From assembly GCF_018350175.1 (NCBI RefSeq), contig NC_058368.1, positions 19,842,001 through 19,906,000 of the forward strand: 64,000 nt of DNA, written 5' to 3'. Every line of letters begins with the position of its first letter. The first letter of the stretch is position 1. The notes under the pieces are model-generated. The model worked only from the letters and a program-made list of their open reading frames with translations, did not search any database and was not told where the DNA came from. The DNA is from Felis catus. Taxonomy: Eukaryota. Shown one piece after another: positions 52,968 through 64,000 of the stretch. A program made the translations under genes and the position numbers.

Positions 52968-53560
52968 TAAGTTCACATTTTAAATGTACCCACAATTAGA
53001 ACACAAATTAGACCTGCAACTCCCAAGTCACAAAAAGAACTGTTTTTCTGCTTTAAAAGAGAGGAAAATTTGACAAAGTAAAAAAGAAAGGATAATAATT
53101 TGAAAACCTAACACAAGATGCCAGGGTAAGACCAAACATGCAGTGAATACTAAGGGGTTAAATATCCCTACAAAAGAGGAACATTCACAAATTGGGTAAA
53201 AGAGCGAAACCCACCCCCAGGATTATTAAATGAGGCAACGTTTGCAAAAAAGTGCCAGGCATATAATAATTGCTCAAAAAAGTGTATATGAAGAAAGAAA
53301 TAACATTGTAGGCACTGTGGCAAACCAAACACAACCAACAAACCAACAAAAAAGAAGAGAGGAAACTTTACCAGTTTAAAATACCAAAATCTCATTAAAA
53401 CTTAAAAAAAAATGTTTTTAAAGTCTTATGATGAGCTGACAAGAAAATAAAGGAAATCCTCAGAGGTCAAAAACCTTTAAAAAGCATGTAATCTTTGACC
53501 CAGAAATTCCACTTGCAGAAACTTATTCTACACTCACATGTTACACAAGTAAGGAATCAA

Positions 53561-53674
53561 GGGATGCCTGGCTGGCTCCCTCGGTAGAGTGTGTGACTCT
53601 TGATCTCTGGGTTGTGAGTTCAAGCCCCACGTTGGGGGTAGAGATCACTTAAAAAAAAGAAAAGAAAAAAAAAA
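53561..53674 (+). mobile_element. Short Can-SINE
   Basis: gggatgcctggctggctc...gagttcaagccccac head followed by an A tail. Confidence 0.85.
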
Positions 53675-53832
53675 GTAGCAACTGTATGTGATAAGCGAAG
53701 AGAAAAGCAGTGTGTGGTCAATTATGGATGATAGGCTCTATGTTCATTGTGTGCAAAGGCCAGGAATCATATACGTGGGAAGAATGCATAAATTCAAGGC
53801 AGTTTTCTCAGTTTAGAATGACCTGGGCTGCA

Positions 53833-54034
53833 GGGGCCCATGGGTGACTCAGTGATTCTTGAGTGACTCTTGATTTTGGTTCAGGTCATGATTCGCAGTT
53901 TGTGGGTTTGAGCCCCGTGTTGGGCTCTTCGCTGTCAGCACGGAGCCTGCTTCAGATACTCTGTCCTCCTCTCTCTCTGCTCCTCTCTCTCTCTGTCTCA
54001 AAAATAAATAAACATAAAAGAAGAAGAAAAAAAA
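53833..54034 (+). mobile_element. Can-SINE
   Basis: TSD AGAATGA(c/t)CTGGGCTG (53815-53830, 54035-54050). Confidence 0.9.
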
Positions 54035-54282
54035 AGAATGATCTGGGCTGTAAATAACAGAACTGCAACCGCAGTGATGTAAACAATAAGACTCCCAGGC
54101 AGACAGTTCCAGGTTGATCAGTGACTCACATGTATCTTTCATGGCTGAAGCCCCACATTTCCACCTATCCCCTTCGGTGTGCTAGGGACATCATGTTTGT
54201 TAGGCAAACACGAGGTTTGTAAGATTGTATCGATAACACCATACTAAAATTGGAGGGGGAAAAGAGCTACAAGAAACCTGTG

Positions 54283-54348
54283 TCCCCTGCTCACTGCTCC
54301 CTGTCTCTCAAAAATAAACAAACATTTAAAGAAATTAAAAAAAAAAAA
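54283..54348 (+). mobile_element. 5'-truncated Can-SINE 3' end
   Basis: cccctgctc...tgtctctcaaaaataaacaaacatt followed by poly(A). Flanks aaacctgtg / aaatctgtg. Confidence 0.7.
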
Positions 54349-55436
54349 ATCTGTGAGTAGTGGTCGTTCCAACATGGTGGATCACGGGTGGTTTCTTACT
54401 GCCTTCTTTCTATGCTTTTTTTGGGCTTTCTGTATTTTTTTTTATAAGAATGTAAATACTTGTAACAAACTGAAAAAAGAAAAAGTATGTCTTTCAGATG
54501 AACTGAAATAGAAATGCTACTGAAGAAAGGGGCTCAATGGCCTCTTGGCCATAATGGCATGGGTACTTTTCTTGTTTTCCAATTAGACTTCTTCCAAACT
54601 GACCTGTCACGTGTATGAGTTTTCTAATTCTCCACCACATGCATACTAGTTTTGTATAAAAAGTAAGCTCATGATGTTGTTAATGATTATCCCCTATGTA
54701 AGGTGTAACACTTTATAGAACAGTTCCTTTTCATGGGCCTTTATTTCACGATTACTATTACAGCCTTTACGGATAAACACAGGAAAATTAAAATAGAAAA
54801 ACAGAGCACGCTGCAGTGAGGAACTTGACACTGTAATCATTCAAGAGCCTTCCCTAAAATCACATTAAATCAGGAAACTTAAATCCATTTTTTGCCAGCA
54901 GCATTCTCTTTTCACGTGCCATCTTTCATAAAGATAATATGAAGACAAATTCATGGTTATAATGCATCAATTTCCAAGGGGCTCGATTTCTTTTAGATAT
55001 TTAATTAACACCAGTAACCATCTGTGCCCTAAATCTACTGTAGACAAAATGAATGTTGAGAGACCAAAGCAGGGCAGAGAAACCTACGCTACCCATTTGG
55101 TGTGCTTCAGTGACTTCCTCCTGTTAACCTTCCCCCCACGATGAGGTAGATGGAACAGGGTGAGGGACTTCCCACATGTACAGTTTAATCTATTAACTTC
55201 AGAGGCATCTTTCAAGACTAACTTCTCCACAGCTTACACCTAAAAATCTGGATCTCACAACTTCAATTTCAAAACTGAAGGACCCCTGAGAAATAATCTA
55301 AGCAAACTCCCCATTTCACACACAAGGAAACTGGCAGTGTACAGCTGAAAATCATCACAATGGATCCCTGTTACAAGCAGAAATGTTCCACTGAGCACAC
55401 AGAGGTCTTCGGAAGAGGTCTAAACCCTGCAAGCAG

Positions 55437-55652
55437 TTTTTTTTTTTTTTTAATGTTTATTTACTTATTTGGGGAAAGAGAGAGCGCATGAGCACGGGAG
55501 GGGCAGAGAGAGAGAGGGAGAGAGAGAATCCCAAGCTGGCCCTGCACTGTCAGCACAGAGCCCGATGCGGGGCTCGAGCTCACAACTGGGAGATCATGAC
55601 CTGAGTCAGTATCAAGGGCGGGACGCTTAACCGAATGAGTCACCCAGGCGCC
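55437..55652 (-). mobile_element. Can-SINE
   Basis: Full body with a poly(T) tail. TSD TCTAAACCCTGCA (55419-55431, 55653-55665). Confidence 0.93.
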
Positions 55653-57125
55653 TCTAAACCCTGCAGGAATTTATCCTGCTGCTCAATCTTTAGTTGTGAT
55701 CCTGTTTGTTAAACGCTGGTCAGTCCGTTTCTAACGCTCTTTTTAGATACTATAAATCTTCAAGTGAGAAAATTCTATTCAGTCCAACATGGTGGGTACA
55801 CTAAAGCAGCAAAGTGCCATCTGTGGGGCATGAAGTGCCCTGTGAAGTCATTCTCCCTCCTCTTCCCCCTCCACAAGGAATGGAAATTAAGCTCTGCCTT
55901 TATGGTTACTGTCGCTGTCTTTACTAATGTGACAAGAGTCCCTGAAGAATGTGTAAACGTCAAATTGTAAACAAAAAATTCACTGAAATAAAAATTTTTA
56001 TTAGGCGTGTTTCATTTTGTTTTAGGCCCTGCCACATTAGTCACATGGATTATGAAATGCAATATACTCCATTATACAAAGTTAAATAAACTATAAACAT
56101 CTATGATGTTAATCATCAATCAAAATTAATCGTTGGAGCCACTGGTGGAGAAAGAGGAAGGAGCTATTTAAAGAGCTTGGCACGGCAGATGAGGCTTCCT
56201 GTATTTTTCTGTGTGTTGGGATGATCCTTACGAGCCCTCTAGTAAATAGACACGAAAAACTCTGCCGTACAGAGAAGTAAACTGAGGCTCTGGGAGGTGA
56301 ACTGATCCAAGCCTCGCAGATAACAGGATGGGCATCTCCAAACCCAGTCATCGCTCTACTGCACAAACGCGGCCACAAGTTCCAACAAAGAATGAGAAAA
56401 GATGAAGGTCCTACAGCGTGGAATTTACATTCTAAAGACACACTTGGGCCTCACATCCTCACCTATTCAAGAGTTGGAGATCCCAAGTGTAATTCTAAAA
56501 CATTAGTTCCTCCCTCAAATCCTCGCTGTGAGCTCACTGATGTGGCAGCAGACCCTGGTGGCGACTGGGGTGGGGGTGGCAGGCTGGCTCTGGGCCCTCC
56601 AACTGTGGTTTCTACTTTATTTCACCAAAAATTCTTAGGCAGACTTACTCCTGACTGTGTGAACGCTGTCTGACAACATTAAAACAATCAGACAGAAGTA
56701 ACTTGCTGGAGTGTGAAGCAGTAAATGCTACATCAGGTGAAAATTCCCTCCGCTGATATCAGTTTCCTTTTCAAAGTCCTGGCTCATCCGTGCCCTGTCA
56801 GCATTCCACCCTCAGCCAGGGCTGGCTGCGCTCTGAGCCGCCTAATCTTGGCTGAATTCCACAGGATTTTAGTTGGCCTCAGTAATATTTTTGCTTAGCT
56901 CTCAAGTCTGGAGATACTTCTTCTAGAAGTGATTTTCCTTTTTGCTCTGAACTCCTGAAAACCCTCCAGACTGAGGAAGACGTTAACTGACTCGTATTAA
57001 GAAGAGGTACCAAACTTTAGTGGTGGTTGCCATGGGCTGCAGTGGAACAATTTTGCTTTGCATGTTAAAATACCTATTTGGGTGGGTTTTTTTAGAAGAT
57101 TATTACTTTTCAGATCAACAGACAC

Positions 57126-57214
57126 ATTTTTTTCTCTGTATTACATAACAGGCTAAAAGCTACGTTCGATTTTTTTTCTCTTTATTACGTAACCGAGGCT
57201 AAAAGCTGCGTTCG
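57126..57214. repeat. Imperfect ~44-bp tandem duplication (2 copies)
   Basis: atttttttctctgtattacataac-aggctaaaagctacgttcg followed by atttttttt-ctctttattacgtaaccgaggctaaaagctgcgttcg. Confidence 0.85.
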
Positions 57215-57399
57215 TTCAGCTTTGCAACCAGATTAAACTCAAGAAACGTGAATTTTGCACCCCAAACATTTACACAATCAAGTGCTAGACACGTGTGCCC
57301 TTAAGAGAGGAGGAAACAACCATATCAATACCAGGGATACGTGTGGTTAAAGTGCTGTTCCGCCAGAATACACTTGACCAGAAACCGCTAAGTAAAGTT

Positions 57400-58070
57400 G
57401 GAATGATCGAAGTATCCAGAACCCTACCACCTCTCACTACCTCTGCGACTATAGTCCTAGTCAAAGCCACTGCCACTGGTCCTGCTGCAATGGGCTGGCC
57501 TCCTAACGGGTCCTCCAGCTGCTGTCCCCACTCACTCCCACCCAGCCCATGGTCGAGTTGCACGTAAGTCAGTCGATCCCATTAAACGAGAGTAAACTAT
57601 ACTCCTCTAATCAAAACTCTGCATCAGCGCTCTCCTCCCAGCCACACTGGTCTACACGCTGAGTGTCAGGAATATTCCTGCCACAGGGCCTTTGCACCAG
57701 CTACTCCCTCTGCCAGGGAAGCCCCACGGTTAGCCCCTCACCCTTCCAATCTTGGTTCAAACATCGCTCTCTCAGAGAAGACTTCTCACCTTCAGTGAGG
57801 ACTGCCCTGGCCATTCCTTTGCAAACAATGGAAATTTAACCTCCCTCCAACCCATAAATACCTGCAGTCTTGATCCTTTTACCTTGCTCTAGGGTTTTCC
57901 CATGCTGCTCATCTTTACTTATCCATAATAATTACTGTTTATTTCTCCCCACAGGAATATAAGCTCCACTGTGGCAGGATCTTTGCTTTACTAATAATCA
58001 TCCCCTGCCTAGAAGAGCACCTGGTAGAGTCAGGAACTCAACTAACATTTGCTGAACACACGATGAATTA
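57400..58070 (+). mobile_element. Decayed L2 LINE 3' region
   Basis: ctcccagccacactgg...cagggcctttgcac...aagctccac...gcacctgg...aacatttgctga. Confidence 0.7.
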
Positions 58071-58834
58071 AAATACACAGAGTGAAAGTGGCCTAATATG
58101 GGCACGTGAGGACCCAACACACAAGATTCTTGCCACTCCCAGTGATGAATGGAACCGGAAGAGCAAATCAGGAGTCACAACGGTACGAGAGCAATGGCTC
58201 ACAGTCCTGGGCAACAGAACTATAAATATTCAGGCAAAAGTACTCTAACACAGGGTTAGAGTATCTCGGATGAAATCTGAACTTCTGCTTTTTAGCAAAT
58301 TCATTCTATCAGGACCCAGCAGCAATCTGTGCACAACAACCCCAAGAAAAGTGTGTGCGTGGAGTAGGTTCGATTAAATGAAATCAATTTTACCACGGAG
58401 TGGTTTCCCCCAATCTGATCCTCTCTCTGATCTCTCATCTTTACCACATTATCTCCAAGCAGGGTTCAGTCACTTCAAAGACGGGTCTTGAAAGGAGTAT
58501 TAGGGGACAGAGGGAGCACCGTCATTTAATTATGTCTCTTTATTCTGTTTCTTTTATCTTAAAAGCTTAGGGGACGGGAGGAGACAGTGAAGAAATTACA
58601 TCTATAGATTTAAAAAAAAAAAAAAAAAAAGGATCCAACCCTTAAAAAAGAGCTGCCTGTAATGACTGTCCATTGTGGAAAAGACAAACATGAGATTGAC
58701 TGAGAGGACAGGAACCACAAAATACCCAGAATTTCTAGAGGGAATGAGAAAAAGCTGGAAATAAGGTCGTTTCCAAATGTTGACAGGATATGCATTCCTA
58801 CATGCTGACATCTGTTGAGAGGTCTGTACTGTGT

Positions 58835-58837
<3 letters not shown>

Positions 58838-58875
<38 letters not shown>
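58838..58875. repeat. (AC)n microsatellite
   Basis: Read directly from the sequence. Confidence 0.95.
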
Positions 58876-58877
<2 letters not shown>

Positions 58878-58934
58878 TGTATCAACTTCTACAACAAAGG
58901 CAAATCACAGGTGACTACTAAAAATGGGTGAAGT

Positions 58935-59509
58935 TGATGCAAGCAGGCTAGGTCCGAGGACCCAGAGCAGGTCCCCCAGGACCAACCAAGAGGATCCTTG
59001 GCTTTGCACGGGATGAAAATCAAATGTGAGCCGAAAGGAAGTGAGAGCAGGGTTTACTGAAGACATAGCAGATACAGACGGAGCCTGTGGGACATTCGGA
59101 AAGGAAAAAGGGCACGAGTCTCTGCTTGGGGTCTGGAGTTTTTATTGAGGGCGGTGCTCTGGTGCACGTATCTCTCAGGCATCCAGGAACTGCCCAAACA
59201 GAGACGGGGGCTCGGGTGTGTTCCATAAGTCACTTATGCCCTGGAGCCAGGGGTCTTGCTGTCAAGGTGTCTGGAGTCAGTGGTCTTAAAAAGCATTCAT
59301 GAGACGACCTCTCTTGGACACTCCTTAGATGTTCTCTATTGTTCTGGGAAGACTCCAAAGAAATCATTAACTCCTTTAACGGTGGACATACGTGATGGTG
59401 TGTGTAAAGTGGGGGTGCAGGTCCTAGGAAGAAGAGAAGCAGGGAAAGAAGCAAAGGGGAAAAAACCCAGCTTTTTCTTTCATGGGGTCCCTTCCATTTC
59501 CCTATCTCA
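58935..59509 (-). mobile_element. Solo ERV LTR (ERV1-like, ~575 bp)
   Basis: The minus strand begins TGAGATAGGG and ends ...CTTGCATCA (TG...CA). It contains a TATA-like CAATAAAAA and a downstream AGTAAA followed by U5-like sequence. Flanks aagt/aaga give a near 4-bp TSD. Confidence 0.75.
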
Positions 59510-60658
59510 AAGAGATTTAAAAAACCATTGCACTCTTAGGCAGGATTCCAGGAGCTTGAATCAACTCAATGAATCCTGCTAACAACTCCTATGAATTAGG
59601 TGCTATGACCATGCCCATTTTAGAGATGAGGAAGGCAAGGCTTTTCTGTCATTCTCCCCGCTCCTCCTCCAGCCTCCCTTTCATCTTCCTAATAGAGGGC
59701 TTGGTACGTTGCCCACTATCTGTTTTAGCCAGTACTGCCCTGGTTTATGTCTGTCATTCTGGCCTAGGCGGTAACAACACCTGCTTTCACTTCTTTTTTT
59801 TTAATTGTAGGAAGAAAAAACACCTAACATGAAACGTACCATCTTAACCATTTTCAAATTTACCTTTACTTTTATAAGGGTCCTGGTTTAGACCATGAAT
59901 TATCTGATCAGCCTTGTCTACTTTAACTTCTCTATGGTAACTCTTTACTTACCTGCCTCCCTGATGGAACTGCGAGCCTTTGGAGAACAGAACTCCAGCA
60001 GAGTGCCAGGAAGACAGTGAGTAAATGTTTAATAACTGAACAAATGAATAAAGGTGTTATTCTAAAATCCCTCCTTGGTTAATGTTCATTTTACAGAGGG
60101 GGTCGGCCCTCTACCAGGTTCAGAATTTGAAAGCTGCAAATTATTCCTTACGTATCTGAGACACATAATGTAGCTAGAGAAAGTGCCAGTGGTCTACAGA
60201 ACGTTGTAAATGTGTGTTGCTGCACAAAAGCACAGTCATTTACCCACCAGTGAGCCGCCACAGGAGACAGTGGCTGCAAGAAACTGTGTGTGGGCTTATA
60301 AATATTTGGACAGATTCACAAGCCTGGAATAAAGAACAATAATAAAAAAACAAAAAGGGTCTCAAAACAAAGACAAGAAAGTCAAGTGCTCCACTTAAAC
60401 ACTCTTTTAAAATTCAAATATTATCTTTGGGGATGCGAAGCTCTGCACTGTCAGCATATGGCCTCCTGCTGTGAATCACAGCACAAACATATTCTGAGTT
60501 AATCCTGTACCTTTGTGAAGAGGGAAATAAGGACCTCCAGCTTCAGTAGAATTTCATAAACCTAAAACGCAGTATTTAATGTGAAGCTAAACAACCCATC
60601 CTTCCCTCCCTCCAACCCTCTTCCTCTTTCTCCCCCGCCCCACACACATATACAATGT

Positions 60659-60670
60659 TCTCTCTGTCTC

Positions 60671-60726
<56 letters not shown>

Positions 60727-60727
60727 A
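60659..60727. repeat. (TC)n(AC)n compound microsatellite
   Basis: Read directly from the sequence. Confidence 0.95.
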
Positions 60728-63700
60728 ATGTTCTACATCAACTTAAACTGAACAAAAAGATAAAAACAAAATTGAGAAAAAAAGGATAGAGTGTGGTTTT
60801 TGTTGATTTAAAAACAGAAAATCCCACTACATGACTAACCGGGACAGTTTTATCAACATCATAATACTGAAGTTCTGTTCGGTGTTTTTAACCTGCACCC
60901 AAATTTTTAAGTCACTGGTACCACTTGACCACTTCGGAACCAATCTAATCTCTGTATTTCTCCAGATGGCAACTGCCACTTGGGCCCGAGGAAACCCAAA
61001 AGGACCGATCTGGCCAGCCATCACATTGCATACTTTAAAACTCACTCAGAGTTGAGGCGGCTGCCGCTCCGTTCTTTGTAACTCCAAGACGTGAAGGCCA
61101 AAAGATATCTTCAATTCAGTATAGTCTTAATTGCTTTAAAGTCTGCTGTTTCCCAGGTGAACGAGGTCCCTCAATTCTTACAGATGTAATGAAGAGAGTA
61201 TTTTTGAGCTAGTAGTACACTTGCATTGAACATGACCAGCCCTCAAGCTATCCAAGGTATCTGTTCGCCTGGGCAAGGCTTCTGTGCTTCTGTTCCGGCA
61301 GAAATGTAAGAAGGGAGGATGGGATGAGAGGAGAGAGACATGATTTTGCAGCAAGAATCGCATGCTCTACCCAGAGAAAACATTTTTTTCTAAATCACTT
61401 CAACTTTAGTAACACAGGGAAGCCAACAGGACTTGATCATCACGTTTTATACACGAGGAAAGTTCTAACACGAGGGAAGGGAAGTTCTAACCCAACAGGA
61501 TGAGGAAAAGGGGGCAGGGCCTGGTCCAGACGGAAGTGGGAAAAGAGGAAAGCCAGAGTCAGGAGAGGAAGTGGGGGAGGTAAGTGTGTCCCATGCCCCC
61601 CTCTTGAAAGGCGTGCTCACAGGGTGAAAGAAGGAAGGCCTCTGCCATGCTTCCAGTTTAGGATTCTGGGCACAGACTGCCTCGTGGGCCACACCACGTC
61701 GATTTGGTCTGGTCAGTCACACCCAAGTAAACTGTGCTACAGCGAAGTCAGACAGAGCAACGGCTGGAGTTTATCATTTACCTCTGCAGCCCTGACTTTT
61801 CTGTTTCCACGAGCCCCAGAAAATCCTGCCTGAATAGGGTGAGACAGAAGTGGGCAGTTGCAGATGGGGTGGGCTGGACAGAGGGTCACGGGAGTGCCCG
61901 GTGAGGGGCGACGTGACGCCTCTACAAAGACTGTAGGGGACCAGATCACTAGGCCAAGAGCTGGCTGAAGGATATGGCAGAGGCCCAGAGGGGAAGCATG
62001 CCCGTAAGAGCCAAAGTGAAGCGCAGCCTGCCAGGAGCACGACCAGGCATGACCGAGCATGACAAGCAAAACAGGAGTTCCAGCAGCAAGAGCTTTCGGC
62101 GGCCGGCTCCAGGGAGGGACGCCCTCGCTCAGCCATCTCCAGTCCAGGCAGCTGCTCCACGGCAGAGCCACGAGGGACCCGGAGGTTACCAGGTGGGTTT
62201 ACAGATCCCATCCACTCCCCAGCCCACCCCTCCCCTTCACCCAGATGCCACCTTAGCGAGGTCCGTGGAGGAAAAGGAAACCCAAGAATCAGAGCACTTG
62301 ACATGGGTAAAAGTGAGCATCTACTTAAAGATTACTTAAAGTTGTTGCATCAGACTAATTTCACTGGATTAAGCCATATTTAAGCTGCTTCCCCCATCGA
62401 CTTCCATACTGGGAAGGGGCTTGTGAGGAAGGTCAGCCCAAATGATTCAAAAATAAGGAATCATTCTCTCCGCCTGTGGGTCCCGTAGGTCACCACTGTT
62501 TCTTCTCGCCCTTACTTCTGACTGCCCACAACACGAGGCAGAGCGAGGAAAACAGTCCCCAGTCCCACTGGAGGGACCTCAGTCCCATTACTTAATTGTG
62601 GAAGAACACCTTCTGGAGTTCTTCTTTATTTGCCTGTTGGGAAAGGCAGAAGAAGGCCCAACACAGTTGAGAAAGAAAAGAAAGCCAAAGAAAGAAAATG
62701 AGGCACGATTTTTTTCATACTTGGAGCTCTGCAGCTCACCCTTACGGTACATTTTTTAGAGAAGCAAAAGGCATCCCATAGTTTGTTCACTTCTCTAGCC
62801 TTACCAGAGGTGGATAAGCCCCAGCAATCCTGTGACCGCTGCCTGACCAAAGGCTTGTGGCGCTGCTCACTCCCTCCTCAACGCACCCTCTTCCGGCGTT
62901 CACAATGGCGACAGGCAGGGAGGCGGCACCCCAAGCCTCCATGCTTTGGCTCTGGCAAGCCTCCCATCTTCTACGACTGTGATGTTCTGTGTTCAGGGGA
63001 ATTCCAGCAACATTCTGTGAGAACGGGGATTGGTCACGGGCTGACGCCGTCTGCTAACAGTTGAAGGTTTGGGGCACGTCATGAGCCAGAGCAGCAGGCA
63101 CGTTCCCTTTATACAAGGTAAACAGGCTGCACGCACCCTACCACAGGAGACCCTTCACACGTCCACTGACGATTTCGAGATCCAATCATTAATTGTAAAT
63201 CACAAAGTTCTCCCGGTTAGAGACCAGCTGGTGCATCTGGACCGAGTCCGCTCATTAAACCCTCCATCCACCTCCACAGGCATTCATACAACTAACATTA
63301 GTGACACGCACTGTGGAATCCCACAGTGATACACAGGAGAACGAGATACAGTCCCTGCCCTCAAGAAGCTCAGAAGCTGGCAGCCGAGACGGATTTGCTA
63401 TTCAAGCAGCATCCTGTCAACTCCTAGTTTACCATCGCTATCACCAGTACTAGAGTCAGAGACCGGCCGTCCATTAGCCTAAAGCAAACTTCTAGTAACG
63501 AGGTAACACGTGTCCTAGCACATGCTAGCACACCGCATGCGGGAAAACGTCGACCATCTCTCCTGTACTCTCTTTACTGATGCTCTTAAGTGCTGTCAAA
63601 ACGCAGCACTACCCAGGTGACCCAAGGAGAGCAAGACAAACTTCTGTGAAACGTGTAGAGTGCTTATCGCTCGTACTTGAGAGGCAGCCCAAATTTTGGC

Positions 63701-63880
63701 AATAAGGTGTATTTCGACACCAGCCAAGGTCTGACCTCTTCAGAGGAGTTTGATTTCCACAGCCAGGCCAAGGCTGCTGAATGACTATAGGGCAGGTGAA
63801 ATTCACAGTAAATAGACAAGCACGAGCAGCTTCGTCTTTTCTAATCAAGCTTCTTTAAGTAGTGCAAAGACTTAAGAGCA

Positions 63881-64000
63881 TTTTCTTTTTTTTTTTCTTT
63901 TTTTTTTTTTAACGTTTATTTATTTTTGAGACAGAGAGAGACAGAGCATGAACGGGGGAGGGGCAGAGAGAGAGAGAGACACAGAATCGGAAGCAGGTTC
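63881..64000 (-). mobile_element. Young Can-SINE 3' portion (cut by the window edge)
   Basis: Poly(T) followed by aacgtttatttatttttgagacagagagagacagagcatgaac. Confidence 0.9.

Larger units (their letters stand above)
1..64000 (-). other. WDFY2: WDFY2 gene body (intron 1 >21775, intron 2 10178-21707, intron 3 <10104); exon 1 and exon 4 onward lie outside the window
   Basis: Two in-phase internal exons are present. I found no CpG island, no exon-1 peptide (MAAEIQPK...) and no exon-4 peptide (EFILSEDYNK...). Confidence 0.85.

Noticed and set aside
61800..63700. Mildly GC/CpG-richer stretch, including CTCTTCCGG...AATGGCG near 62888-62911, as the WDFY2 promoter or exon 1
   Set aside because: CpG density looks well below that of an island, there is no exon-1 peptide, and isolated ETS- or YY1-like words are not sufficient evidence.
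185..63848. The many 60-180 aa ORFs in the ORF track
   Set aside because: They fall in SINE, L1, L2, MIR or LTR sequence (e.g. the recurring SAQVMIS...SVLTAQSLEP SINE translations) or resemble no protein I recognise. They are expected by chance in intronic DNA.

Overview
Mammalian, felid-type (cat-like) genomic DNA, judged by young SINEC_Fc-type Can-SINEs and a carnivore L1. The whole window lies inside the WDFY2 gene (WD40 + FYVE protein) on the minus strand. Two coding exons are visible with canonical splice sites: 21708-21775 (exon 2) and 10104-10177 (exon 3). I did not find exon 1 or exon 4 onward, so about 42 kb is intron 1, about 11.5 kb is intron 2 and about 10 kb is the start of intron 3. 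The rest is transposon-derived or unannotated intronic sequence: about 20 Can-SINEs (many with readable target-site duplications, TSDs), a decayed near-full-length L1 carrying nested insertions, a young 5'-truncated L1 with an uninterrupted ~865-codon ORF2 frame inserted into a SINE tail, a solo ERV LTR in the gene's sense orientation, MLT1 LTRs, L2, MIR, MER5 and microsatellites. I see no convincing novel biological system. The findings are insertion histories read directly from the sequence plus testable regulatory or splicing hypotheses. Repeat family names come from my recall of consensus sequences, not from a search.
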